From: the human T2T-CHM13v2.0 reference genome, Homo sapiens
Direction: 5' to 3' (one strand)
Length of the DNA: 64,000 nucleotides
Assembly (NCBI RefSeq): GCF_009914755.1
Contig: NC_060937.1
The notes beneath the pieces are model-generated. The model did not search any database and was not told where the DNA came from. It worked only from the letters and a program-made list of their open reading frames with translations. The position numbers and the translations under genes were made by a program. Numbering within the stretch: position 1 is the stretch's first letter; the number at the start of each line of letters is the position of its first letter. Of this stretch, positions 26,223-41,581 are shown in pieces.

Positions 26223-27092
26223 CTAGACCAACGGATGCATGAAAGGGCAACACACTGAGCCAAAGAAACGCCGAGACTCAAAGAAAGCAAAGCCATTTCA
26301 CCCACAACCCGGCTCTGAGCCACGGGCCGAGGGCCACACGGCCAGAGATGTTTTTCTAAGATCATTGCCAAGGCCGGGAGGGGCCTTCCTAAAGTCAGGA
26401 AATACAAACATGTTTCTGAGGCTGTATTTATTATTCAAAACATTGCAATGACTTCCCCTTTATTATTTTCACTTCCCTTTTATTTTACCTTTACTGTCTT
26501 TTTATTCAGTTTGGCAAAATATGGGCTCAGACAACTTTACCCACTATGAATAAGACTTAAAACAGACAGACTTGTGAAGGGAAACATCAAACATGACTTG
26601 GGAATAGCTTTACTTTTTTAGCACACTTTTCCCATTGACAAATGCCAATTCTATCACAAAAGTATGCCACAAGTCTGGTTCACTTACTTCTTTTACATAT
26701 CTGTGGCTGTATTCATAAGCTGTCATTGGTTCTTAGCAACAAAGATTCCTCAGTATCATACACACACTCACACAGATGTTTAACCTAATCAAGCTCCATG
26801 GTAAAATCAAATAGAACATAATTGGCTGACTGGCCTTGAACCTGATAATGGCAGGTGATGCACTGTTTGCATAAAAACCATCAGTATGGTAATCCCAAGT
26901 GTCTTTATCAAAGCCTCAATTGTATAGCTAGCTCCTCAGCTTTCTTGGAAGCAAACACCAGAGCTATAACATATACTATTGTCATAAAATCAGGAACAAA
27001 CAGATAGAAACCATAAATGTAGCAACAATCCCAAGCGTCTTATCTAGTTCCAAGAGCTACTAGGGAGGCGGAGGTTCGAGCCTTTTGCTCAC

Positions 27093-27207
27093 CTCAAAAA
27101 GTCTGTCGCATTCCATGATCATGTGCGCTAGCCCCTGAGCTGCTGCCAGATTCTCGTTGAGGTCCTTTTGATCTGGCTTCCCAGTGGCATATTTCTTCTG
27201 TATGACT
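27093..27207 (-). CDS. STARD13: STARD13 coding exon 10 (VIQKKY...DRLFE)
   Basis: Acceptor ttacAG|A and donor GAG|GTGAGC; 115 nt; frame continuous. Confidence 0.96.
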
Positions 27208-27732
27208 CTGTAATTGAACGTGAGTGTGCTAAGCAGATCCCACACCAACGAGCTTGTCACAATACCAAACTCATCCCTTTTGTTTTCTGTTTATACCCAG
27301 ATGCTATCCAGATCCCAGGCTTTTGCGTTTCCAAATAAAAACAATGATCACATATCTTAGATATCTGAATCAGGCTAACAGTCTGACAGTTCACAAGGAA
27401 AAATCTTGGAAAACTAAAGGGCAGGAAGAACAGCAGGGGACAAAATTAATCTGTTTTTCCAAAGTTTGAAACCCCTTAACTGCAAGCTCCTGTGCTTTGG
27501 TCTTAAATATAGCCTTTTAAAAATTGTAAAATACTACTTTGTGTATGTTTTCCTCCTCACTCACACAGACAACATAAAACTCAAGCTTTCTGGATCACAG
27601 CTGGCATTCTTCAATGCTAGCTCAATAATTCTATGAATCTGAGCCCCGTGAATTAGGGTGTCTCACAAGATTTTCTGATTATGAAAAGAGTGTTGACAAA
27701 TCCTGAAGTTGAAATGTAGCATGAGACACATT

Positions 27733-27971
27733 TTATCTATCTATAATCTATTATCTATCTCTATTATCTACCTATCAATCATCTATTTATCTCTCTTTAT
27801 CATCTACCATCTATTTATCATCTATCTATTTAGCTGTCATCTATCATCTATGTATCAACTATCTATCAATCTATCATCTACCTATCGTTGATCTATCTAC
27901 CTACCTATCTATCTATAATCTGTCTACCAATATATCCATTCGTATCTATCTATCCATCCATCCATCCATCC
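27733..27971. repeat. Compound (TCTA)n/(TCCA)n microsatellite
   Basis: Degenerate tatc/tcta tetramers ending in (tcca)n. Confidence 0.93.
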
Positions 27972-28035
27972 AGTCTTATGAACTGTGGGAATGCCTGCTT
28001 TGGGATTACTGTTGTTACTGAGAAAAAAAACCCAC

Positions 28036-28246
28036 CGTGGAGAGCTTTCTTTCTTCAATAAATTAAGATGAAAGAGGGAGGGGGCCAGACACACTGCCAG
28101 GTTCATGGGCGTCATCTGATTCTCTTCCACCAAGTTGACGACGTCGTTCAGGAAACACAAGAGCGTCTGCAGGACCTCCCTGTTCTCATCGGCCAGTAGC
28201 AGGATGGCAGCCTGCACGGCCTGCAGCCGCTGCTCTTTGGAGACAT
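28036..28246 (-). CDS. STARD13: STARD13 coding exon 9 (RhoGAP; NQMTPMNLAVCLAPSLF)
   Basis: Acceptor ttttcctcAG|AT and donor CG|GTGGGT; 211 nt; RhoGAP NxMTxxNLAV motif. Confidence 0.97.
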
Positions 28247-30800
28247 CTGAGGAAAAGTGGATGCCAGGTCATTGGAGGAGCAGACATAGAAAGAGCCAGC
28301 TGGGAAGCACTGTGTAAGCTCCACATTCCTCGTGTGAACACGCACCCAGAGTCATCATCAACAAAAACAACCAGAACAGCAGGAAAGGCACAAAGAAGTC
28401 AGTAATTGCTGAGGCCTCGCAGCTCATGGGAGGCAGAGCTGAGTCCCAACCCTTGCAATTGAACTTTGGATCCCACGCTCTCGATGGCCAAGCAGGGTTT
28501 AGAAAGGGGCACCACCATCCTGGTTTTCTGTATTCTGAGCAATCAACCCACTCACCTGCTTTCAGAAGGCTTCTGGGTGAAGTTGGTGATTAGGACTCTG
28601 TCAACCTGGCATCCCTCTTGCCCATCCTCCCTGACAGACAGCTTGGGAAGCCACTCTCAGGATGCCCAAGGCTCCGTGGGACATGGTTTGAAAACCACTG
28701 GGTTAGGGAACAGTAGCCTCGCCTTGCGTTTCTCCACCCCTGCCAGCCAGGCCATGATGCCAGTGCTGCACAATTCACCGGGAGTGGTGTTGAGCTGGTG
28801 GGACCTCTGACCTCATTCCTAGAGGGCCAGCTTCTCGAGGGGAAGCCTGTACATCTTCCTTTTTCCTACAAATCTCCCAGGACTTGCTTTGCAGGATGCC
28901 TGCTATTGACTTCATGTGGAGACCCAGCGTCACCTGTTCCATAATCTTGGGGTTTATGGAAATGGAGGCTGTGCTTGGAGAAGAAGAACCAGGCAGCCTA
29001 AGGTTATGGGGGATGTCTGGCCCTTCTCAGTGCCATTACCCTTGAGGGTGGTCCTTGTGGTAGTGGGTACTGGTTATGCAGGCTTACCAGGGAATTGGTT
29101 CCAACAATATGAGGGGAACTAAATGGAAATCACACCAAATGAGTGATAGGTGCTGCCTTTTGCTGCTCCCACCTGTGGCTGTGTTTATTTCATGATCACT
29201 TTAGTCCTCTCACTGCGAAAGACACCGTCAGGAGCTTGCTTCTGTCAACACTGTTGTCTTTCTTAAAGTGCCATGTTCTGGAGCAGGGGCCTCCACACGA
29301 GGGTGTCTGAATTCTCAAGGGGTGGGGAGGTGTGCTCCTGACAGTCTCTTGAGGTGTGAGAAGAAATCATTAGCACTCCCACGTGTGTTTATCTTTTCTC
29401 TTACCCATTAAAAATACTGATTGGGTGTGCTTTATAATGTGCATAGTACATTAGAGTACATCCAGTATATTTATATTACTAAACATAAATACACATTCAG
29501 ATATTTGCTACTGGCAGGAGTGCATGATAAAAACAAACTCAGAGCTGGCTGTTCCAGAAGGGCTGAGGTGTGACCTTCTGAGGGGGTCCTGGCTGGCCCC
29601 AGGCTTTGTGGTCCTGGGGGGCTATCGATGCTGGATTCGCCTGCAGTCTCATGCAGGAGGCATGACGTCACATGCCAGGGCTGACCACACTATGGCCCTG
29701 ATTAGCAAATCCAAGTTCCTAGAAAAGCCTGAGCATGCCTTCAGTGGTCTGAAACCCGTCTCCACTCCCACCATGTCCATTGTGTACTGGCACAAGATAT
29801 ACCTGGGGTTTACAGAGAAGAGCCGTTTTGTTAAAATTAGAGTGAACCCATTTTCTTACTCTCGCTTAGGGTGGAGGAGAAACAGATGGTACTAATGATC
29901 TGAAGCTTGTGAGAGGTGTAACAAGTTTTGCTTGAGCTGCAGAATTGTTTTAAATATGCTGCTCTAGGTAAGGTGTCCAGTGTGTATACATTGTTTAACT
30001 TTAGATTACTAAGCTTCTTTTCCATGCCAACATTTTTTCCCAGCCATCATTTTTGAAGAGTCGCCTGTCATCTCTATATGTTGTCTCAGTTCCCTTTCTA
30101 TCCGCTTGTTCTTTTATCCATCAGAAAATACTTCCTGTCCATTATTATTATTATTATTTACTAAAAACGCTTCAAATACCTAAATTCAGCATTTGTTTTG
30201 GATCCTATGCTCTTTTAGCTTTCTGTTACATACCATGCTGCTGCGGGTCCTGCCCCTTTCCTGGCTCTAAGGGGATGATTCTAGGTCTGAATTTCTAAGT
30301 GTGGATAATTTGCAATCATATGGGGGATCCTGGCACCTCAAATTCAGATTCCTGTGGATTCTGAACCCTTCTCCCCTCCAATTTCCACATTCTTTCAATC
30401 ATCAGGCCTTAAAGCCTTATGGTTGTCTTTGACTCTTCTATCCTTCTCCCTCCTCCAGATGGGTAGGACTCAAATATTTTCATCACCCATCCAACACTCC
30501 AATTTAGTTCATCATTTGACAAAAATCCAAGAAGTGGCATAGCTGAAAACAGAACTTCTCTGGAGAAATGGAGGAGGAACCGTTCCTCTCTGCCACAGTA
30601 GCAGTTTGGAAACTTTGACTCTAGGGTCTATGCATGGAATATCTTCTCTCCAGTCTCACTGCTGGAAGTCCCTGCAGGTAATTTGGAACCTTGATTAGTA
30701 TGCTGACTCCCTGAGTCTCCATGCTCGTCCAGTTCGGTGCCTCTTGTGCACCACTTCCAGATTCCTGGGTCAATGACACTGTGCTGATGGACTTTCTCCC

Positions 30801-31357
30801 TGTAGCAGATACAAGGCTGGCCACCTGCTCAACTCAATACCCATTCTTCCCTTCTTCCTCATTAAGAAAACACATGTTCTGCTCAGGTGTGAGCTGCAAT
30901 GTACTCAGGGAAATGAGTGTCTCCCTCAGACCCAGGGATGAACCATGCTGCCCTAAACCAAAACTGGTAACCCAGGTCTTCTTTCCAGTGTTTGGTTTAA
31001 GGGGGAAGCTGTAAACCACTTCTGCCTGAGGGCCAAGAAAAATGCTGAGAGCTTCTGTAAGATGTATGACCCTGATAAAAAGAGACACATGGCCAAAGAG
31101 AAGCGTGGTCACTCTCTTCTTGTCTTGGAATGTGATTTTGTGAAGATGTGATAATTATAAGTTGTGACAATTATATTGTGACCTTAAAGGGAAAGCCAAT
31201 AGAGGCTGACTTTAGCCCTGGCATCACTGAGCTGCGGGATACCCAACTCTGGAATTATGTGAGATAATAAAATGTACTTATTGTTTAAATGACTGTTCAA
31301 ATGACTGTTCGTTGGATATTTGGTTCTGTCTTTACAGCTGAGAACACTGTAACTGGT
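30801..31357 (+). mobile_element. Old MLT1 LTR
   Basis: Contains gtgagataataaaatgtacttattgtttaa...gttggatattt..ttacagctgag; boundaries approximate. Confidence 0.6.
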
Positions 31358-31399
31358 AAGTCCCTCAACAACACCCGACGGTTCCCCAATGCTTAATGA

Positions 31400-31835
31400 A
31401 TCAAGCATACACTCCTTGCCCTAATATTCAATGTCCTTCCTTTATGGCCCCAGCGTCATTTTTCAGTGTCATTTGGTGTCACTTTGTATGTCTGCCATAC
31501 ATGCAAGCCAGATGAATACACTGGGCTCTCCTGACTTCTGCTTATGCTATCTGCCGAGCAGGTACCCAAAATGTGTTCCTCACATATCTCAGCCTTCAGT
31601 TGTCACTTCCTCCATGAAGCCCTCATTCTTCATCTCTCCCTCCTTGGACTTTTCTTTGTAACCTTTCTATGGAAATTCTCCAAATTTGTTGTGTTGGAGT
31701 TTTTTGTGTTCATGCCTCATCTCCCTCAATTGTAAGATCCTTAAGATCAGAGAGTGAGTCTCATCCATCCATATGCTCTGCCATGCTAAGCACGGTGCCC
31801 AGTACAGAAGTCACGCTCTGTAAATGTTTGCTCAG
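31400..31835 (+). mobile_element. L2 3' fragment
   Basis: Contains ttgtaagatccttaag..gcacggtgcccagtacagaag..gtaaatgtttg. Confidence 0.65.
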
Positions 31836-32431
31836 CTAAAATAAAGCCTGCTTTGATCTGGCTTCTTGCTTGTGACTCAGAAAGGGCCAAAGACATTTAT
31901 TTCTTGAAAGTAATGTGGCTTTAGCCTTAGACTAGTGTCAACTTTAATCCAAGAACTGATTAAATGTAAAAGACTCATATCTGATACTTCCAAACCATAA
32001 GGGAGACTTAATTGAAAAATGTAGTTCAACCTCTCACAGCAACAACATCAAGAACTCCCTGTTTGGGCTCTAGCAACTTGTACCATTAACTTAACTTAAT
32101 CTACTTACTTTGAAAAACTAATATTTACTTAGTGGGTTGCCACCTTAATCTGTTTTCACAAGTGGTTCTGATTACAATCCTTTCTGAGTTTGCAGTATCA
32201 TGGACTCCTTAAACACATTTTATACAGAATTCTCTATAGCATGGATATTCTTCAAATTGGATCAAGTCCATGTCAAGGTCCATTTCAGGCATATTTTGCT
32301 GAAAACTCAAAACTCAAAGTCCATGGGCCAAATGGCTTTTTTCCCCCATGAATTGGGATCTGGACCATCAAAATAATTCATAATGTTAACATTGTCATAT
32401 CTAGCAAAGAGTCACGTGTTTAATTTCATTC

Positions 32432-32780
<349 letters not shown>

Positions 32781-33379
32781 TAATCAACAATTGTTATTTT
32801 CAGGGATTATTTTAATTATACAGGCTTTGCTGAGAACTTAACATTATTAAAAAAAATCCAAGTGAAAATATAAATAAGTTTATTTAAGCTTAAGACTTGA
32901 TTTGGTTTGCTTACTTTTCACCAATGAAGATACTTTGTGCTAAAATACATTTGTTTTTATTTCCTGTCATTTTAATTCATGTCACTTTGAATTTCCTATA
33001 TCCCAAAGAAATGCTTACTTTTTTAAAAAATTGAATAAGTTTTAATAAATACCTATATATAAAACAACTTCTATTGTGTCCCTTTTTCATTTTAAATTTT
33101 TGTAAATGTATTGAAAGTTTGTTTTAGATCATACACAAAACTCTTTTGAGAAGGAATATTTTGATGTCAAAAAGGTATTTTCAAATGCATAAAAAAATGG
33201 CTTGTGGATTTCCATATCAAACTTTGAGCAAAAGTTACTTCCGTAGAGGAGAGCAGGATTACATACATCTTTATGGATTGATGTATTATTCGTATAATTA
33301 AAACTCAATCTATAGGGAATTATTTTCATTAAAGTGGAAGGATGCCCACGAGAACACCAATCTCATTATTTCCACTTAC

Positions 33380-33578
33380 ACTGATAGATATGGAGAAAGG
33401 TCTCACTGAGCTTGTTGGTGAAAAGAGGCTCAGGGAGGTCCCGGAAGAACTGTTTCACCATATCCGCCACATCATAAGCAGACTGGTCTTCATAGTTGAC
33501 GTTCTCAGGGAAGTTTTCATTCATTTGGCGAAGGGCATGGATTCGAGACTTCACTCCTGATTTGCGAAAAAGACCCAC
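33380..33578 (-). CDS. STARD13: STARD13 coding exon 8 (VGLFRKSG arginine finger...LPEPLFT)
   Basis: Acceptor tttcAG|GTG and donor T|GTAAGT; 199 nt. GLFRKSG carries the catalytic Arg codon at 33564-33566, and KQFFRDLPEPL is a RhoGAP box. Confidence 0.97.
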
Positions 33579-33689
33579 CTGAAACAAAGCCATAGGGATG
33601 TGTCAGCCAGGCCACACTTGGTTGTGAGGAGGAGGAGGAAGCATGGGAAGGGAACTGGATGAGCTGGAATTGCCTCCCAATTAGTACAT

Positions 33690-33995
33690 GCTGAACTACT
33701 AGTATAGCTACTTTAGGCAGTACCCGAACACTGTCTTCCTCTCCTATGAAATGAAGATAAGAATAAAACCCCACCTCACAGGATTACTGTGGAGAGTAAG
33801 TGAGGAAATAGATGTGCATGTGCTTTGCGACCTGTTACATCTTATCACACTGCAGATGTTATTATTATTTTATTCATTTATTCAACAAGTAGTGATTAAG
33901 TAACCACTGTGTATCAGGCATGCTTAGAGTTCCTAGGTGTCATTAGTGAGCAGAACAGATAAAATTCCCTGCCCTTTAGGGTTTACATTGCCATG
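33690..33995. mobile_element. MIR (+) followed by an L2 (-) fragment
   Basis: MIR-like ttcctctcctatgaaatgaagataa...cacctcacagg, then ttcatttattcaacaagta...ccactgtgtatcaggca. Confidence 0.65.
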
Positions 33996-36091
33996 GGGAT
34001 TTTGAGAACGTCTGGTCAATGGGAGGTTTGGTGAAAACAATGTGGGTCGTGGATGAAAGAATCCCAGATAAACAGCCATATCCAGTGCCCCTGCAGGGGA
34101 GAGTTTTATGGGGAATATGTTCATGAAACAGACTAATATCATAAGTACATATTTTGATTTAAGGAATTTATTTACTTTTTCTTCTTTGGAATTCTTGGCA
34201 CTTACTTTTCTACCTGTTTGTTTTTATGCAGTAAGCTATGGCTCTAGTGAGAATGATTCCTGGGTGGCTTTTTTTTCAGACCTCAAGATATTGTCATATC
34301 ATGCCTTTTTCATCTTAGAGTCTAGACTCCTCCCCTACTTGATGAATAAATGGAGCATTAAGGCATCAAGGACAGAGTGGCCCTAATGAGAATGAGTGAG
34401 GCAGAGCAGAGCCCGGCAAGAATGAAGATCCTGCAATGGTGGGGCAGGTTAAGCTCTAGGCCCTCTAGAGGAACTTTCTGTGCTGGACTTACCCGCTATT
34501 CAAAAAGGAACTGAACTTTCCTGGGCACCCTGGCTTATAGTGAAATAATATGTCTGCTATTTTTTAAATGCCTATAGGGAGTTGATTTGCTTCAACCCTC
34601 AATTTTCACAGCTCTCATTCCCCAGTGGCTCATGGGTTGGCCCACTTCTGCAAAGCAAGGTAGAACCTTCCTGAGTGGCTGGTCAGGTAGACAGTGGCCA
34701 CTAGTGTCAGCCACTGCTCATCCCCCCTATACCTGGAGGAAAGCCTAATACAGGTCGTCTTACTGATCACTCTGTGTGCCAGGCCGGCCTCCACCCAAGT
34801 TCGGGTATGTGACAAAGGCTTTCCTGATTGCTGCAACAAATGGAGAGCAGTCCTCATTCTTTTAAATTGTGGTAACAGCAGGGGAAGGATTCCAAGCCAT
34901 TAGAGCATACTCAGGTTTTTGTATATGTCAGCCGAATGGATCACAGGGGAAATTATACACTGCTACTTTTTGTGGCCATAAAAACAGAATTCTTAGTAAT
35001 ATTTCTTTGCATTCCAAGGTTTATCGCTCTAATCCCACACATCAGGATATTCAGGCTGATAATATTGTCACTTAAAATATGAGTTACTTTCTTTTTTATT
35101 CTTAAAGTTTGGAATGTCTAGAAAATGCACAGTTTTGCCATACTTAGATGATTCGCCACAAAGAATCCAGACAATATTTATCTTCCTTCAACTGGCAACA
35201 ACTCCAAATTTCATCAAAGGGCATGGAAAGAAAGCATGTACTGTCAAAAGAGAAAAAAATTCAAGATGTCAGGTGAGTGATTATTGGGGTGAGATCCATC
35301 TCCGATTTGTTTACATCTTCTGCTTTTCTGATTTTGGAAGGAGGCCCAGGACTGTGCACACCACAGGGCTGGCTGTGCTGTACGAGAGTTCTCATAATCG
35401 AGATGCCCTGAAGGTAAATACTTCAGTGTGACTCACAAATATTTATCCTCATATGAGCAGGTATTATTCCATTTGAGAAGAATTCCTACTTTTTTAACAG
35501 CAGAGAAATGTTGATCAGGATCTACAAAAAGAATAAAGCAGACAGTGTTTCTGTTTAAATTGTCGAGCACGTTCCTCTTTTGTCCACCGTGTCTTGCGGG
35601 CTGTTTCTGGGCACACAGTCATGTGCGTGCACACACACATCCCAGAGATGCTATCTTTGTATTGTTTGGTTTCCAAATTTCTTTCTCGTTTCAGCAAATA
35701 TTGTTATTTTAATTATTTTAGACATGTCTGCAGCTCTCCAGCTGTGGGCTCTGAGCTGCTTTTTCTGACTGAGATCTTAGGATGTCCAGAGGGTAGTCAG
35801 GGATTTATTGTGCTGCCTCGAAGTCTGACAATAACCTTCCTGCCCTGGCCTTGTCTTCTAGGGGACATGGGAAATATAGACGTATATATATATTTTGGTT
35901 TCTGTGGATTTTTGTTGGAAGTACAGCAGGAAAATTTTCTTTCATAAACCTAATAAAGAAAAGGTGGTCTCAAATCAGATTCCAGTTATAGTAGCTGAAG
36001 ATGGCCAAAGGGAAAGATGGAAAGAACCTCTCTTCAAAGCTATTGATGAACTGATGATTGAGCTAACCCTGGAACCGTTCTATTTCCTGAC

Positions 36092-36363
<272 letters not shown>

Positions 36364-36591
36364 TGACTTTTTGTTTGTGTTTTGTGAGACCATGAATTTC
36401 CTGTCATTTAAGCCATTTTGGGATGGGGCTTCTAGTGGTTGCTGTGGAAAGCCACTGGGCACAGTGAGTAGAAGATGGTCTTTCTAAGGCATAGAGAGAT
36501 CCTGAGACCAGAAGAAGAGCTTCCCCTCTCGATCCTCATAGAAAAACACTGTGATGGCAACGAGTGGTTTCCAATAATCATTTCTTCTTCA

Positions 36592-37762
<1,171 letters not shown>

Positions 37763-37951
37763 TAGTTTAATGCTCTGCTGTCTTGGTTTTGAAATTCTCA
37801 ATGATTTATGAACAAGTGATCCCACATTTTCTCTTTTCACTGGTCCCACAAATGGCATAACAGGTCCTGCTGTCATCTACCATTAAAGCTCAGCCCAGCC
37901 ACCCTCTTGAGAAAGGGGAGAATGGCCATCAGCAATGCAGAGTTCATTTTA

Positions 37952-38411
<460 letters not shown>

Positions 38412-41400
38412 ACTCAAGGATAATTTCACTGGATAGCCCCAGAGCACTGCTCACTTTATCTGAGGCAGGCAACAGAAAAAGTGACAAACAGCCAGCGGGG
38501 GCAGGGACACTTGTACTGAGTACTAAGAGTCTTCCCAGCATGATTAGGCTTTTAAAACTTACTGCTCTATTAGGAGGAGAGGCTGAGCATGAGTGGTGCA
38601 TTAGAATTCACATTCCATCTGAATAATATTAAATCTCCCTCTTGGCATCCTGTTTATGCTAATCTTTTTCGGGACTTAATGATGTTTATCAGGACTTCCA
38701 TTTCCTCTTCTTTAGAAATGTGCTCAGCTAATGAAGGAAGGTTGGTTTTCTTGAGAAAGAAAGATTCATAAGAAGAGTATGCAGCAGATTCTTATTCTGA
38801 GCATTGCAGGTTCAGCCTCTCACTGCGGTGACTTCATATTCATCAGGAATAGGTATAATCTATTCTGTGCACAGTTGATTTAGGGCAGAAATAAAAGCTC
38901 AGACAACAAAGCAAGGCTCCTCTTACACACTACTATGTCTGAATACAAATGGTTCATAATTGAAGGCTAAACTTCCTCATCTCACCCACAGCCAGCTGCA
39001 AGGGCAAACATGGACACTCTGTTGCATCATATAGAAACTGCTGGGCATGCGGGAGTGTGGAAGTCAAAAGGCTGGCAATGTGTCAGGCTCTGTGGGGCAG
39101 GGTCAACTGCAATGAGTGCTTATATGCGAGGCGAGTGTTTAGCACGGGGAGAAGGGCCCATCGCACTGCAGGAAGCCTTCTCCCTGAGACTCGGGGCAAT
39201 GCCTTGGGAGAGTATGGGGTGGTACTTCCTATTAAAATGTGGCATAGAAGGGGTTATTTGCGGATGTTCTCATCTTCTGCAGCTTTGAGGCTGAGATCTC
39301 AAGGCCTTGGGCAGACTGGAATCTTTTCAATTCCACAGAAGTGCTGTTGGCGAAGAAAGAACATTCGTTTGGTGTTGCTCTCCTTGCTTTTCACTCTTTT
39401 CCCCTCGCTTTTCTGATTGATTCGCTTTTACTAGCTCTTGCTTGCTCTGAAATCTCCGGAAAAGCCAGGTTTTGATTCCTTATGTTTCTCTAGTTCTCCC
39501 CTTTTCCTTCCTATTACCACCTTCCTTTTTCACAGGAGCCAGAGAGGTGGTCTCTGCGTGCTTCCCACACCACATTGACAAGGAAAGGGAGGGACATTCC
39601 AAGGCTGGAAGCCCTGCCAGGACTGGGTGCATTATAAGGTGGTGACTGACTGTGGTGAAAGTCCCTTCGATGTCCTACGGATTCTCCCATGTGACTGACG
39701 CGAGATGCGTGGCTCTATTCATTTTAATTACATTTAGAATCAGTATTTATATCTTGAAATGAGTCTTCTTCCTCCAAGCCTTTGCCGGCACACTGTTTTT
39801 CATCTTGGCATTCTCCCAGATTTAAAAAATTGACCTGAGATGGACACAGGGGTGGAAGAGGTTTTGGTGCCCTGTGTCTTTCTCTCTACTGATAAGACTT
39901 TTGCTTCTAAGGAGAGACTGGCCCCACTAACAGCAATGATATTGGCACTGCACATTATTCAGAAGCTACGGGGGGCAGGAATGGTTTATAGCTATGGACA
40001 TTAACTTTGAATAATGTGTATTCTTAGTAAAACCTCTAAGATTAAAAAAAATTAAAATGTTTGCTTAAGTAACGAGAGTCATTGGCTGACTCTATTGGGA
40101 TGTGATTCACAAGTCAATTCATGCTGGGGCATCTGTCAAAGAAGAGAACCCTAGAAAAGTAGCTTGTCACCCTTATTTCTGGGGAATAAGAGGCAAGCTA
40201 TTAAGGCCATTTCTCAAAACTAAACAGCCATCCTCACAACAATGACAGCAGCCATCCCACCCTCTGCGATGACATCCAAATATGGAAAAATGTTACGTGC
40301 AGATTCTCTAAATTAAAAATGAGGAGGGACAAAGGGGAACACACATTCAGTTCAGTCAAAGACAACTTCAAATGAAGAAGTTACTGCTATTTTTCTGCAC
40401 TGAAAATTGATTTCTGGTTCACCAAGAGACCAGCCTGATTCTAAGTGTGGTCTCAGTATTGGGGTCTCTACAAGCATCACTAGCCAACTCATTCCTGCCC
40501 ACTGAGCCCAAGGACCAGGGTAAATCAATAAAAAGTACAAATAATCTTAGGTTGGTACAGATTCTCTGCATGGCATCAAAAAGTATGATGAACAGAGACT
40601 ATTACAGAATAGCTGCCTGGAAATATACCCACTATTCAGGGCTGCAATTTATCAATTAAGAACACAACTTTTATTTTGGACAGAATGTCTAAGAAGCTAA
40701 TGGGTGTTAATTTGGAGGAGCAAAGCCTTTGTTTTGTAAAGTACAGGACGGACAGCACTCTGGATTTAATCACAGTCCACCATTATGGTGGGCCCCAAAA
40801 GTCTCGGAGGCAGCAAATCTCTGAATATTTTGTTTAGCTTCAGCGTTGAATCAACTCTATAAAATGAGGGGATATTTGACTTAGCTGATACTTTTGTTCA
40901 TATTTTACTTGCACATTTTTAAAAGATGTAAATAAATCTGTGTTTGGTTTAAGTTTTCCTGGTCATGATGCTGCTTCAAAGGAAAAAAAAAAGAATTAAT
41001 AAAAGGAGGCATGAAAAACCTAATTCTTTTTCAAAAATAATAGGGATAAAAGAACAGTGTGAAATCAATGGTGGCACTGAAATAATAGTTACAAAGGAAA
41101 TGCAGTACAGTACATAGCTTAACTCTAGTTTTTAGGGATTGCAAATTAGACATCCCAGGAACAAACTGTTAACGTCAACTTTCCCCAGTCACTCCAGGTC
41201 ATCATTTAAGTTGCCAATGAGGAAACATCCTCAAATAGGACATGTCTTGTTCAAATTAAATATTCAAATTAAATATTGCTACATAAAGGTCACAATGCCT
41301 TTTATTTTTGGTGAGGCATGTCTTGCCTGATATTGGGCAGATCTGACTCAGTCTGACATCCCCTCAATCCAATCCCATGGTTGGGGGTGGTGGGGCAGCA

Positions 41401-41421
41401 GCGGGGGGGTTACAGCCCTAC

Positions 41422-41581
41422 CTGATCGAGGCAGTTGCTGCGTAGATATCTCAGTGCTTGCTGAATACTTTGAGGCAGGGGCTGTCCCGTTCTTTGGACG
41501 TGGACTATGAGAGGAACGCCAAAGACAGCCTTGTCTTTGTAGTCGGGAACTTTCATCCTCTTCATGAACTTTGGAACTGAC
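41422..41581 (-). CDS. STARD13: STARD13 coding exon 7 (SVPKFMKR...VFGVPL...CLDQ; start of RhoGAP domain)
   Basis: Acceptor ttctAG|G and donor CAG|GTAGGG; 160 nt; contains the RhoGAP-typical VFGVPL. Confidence 0.97.
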
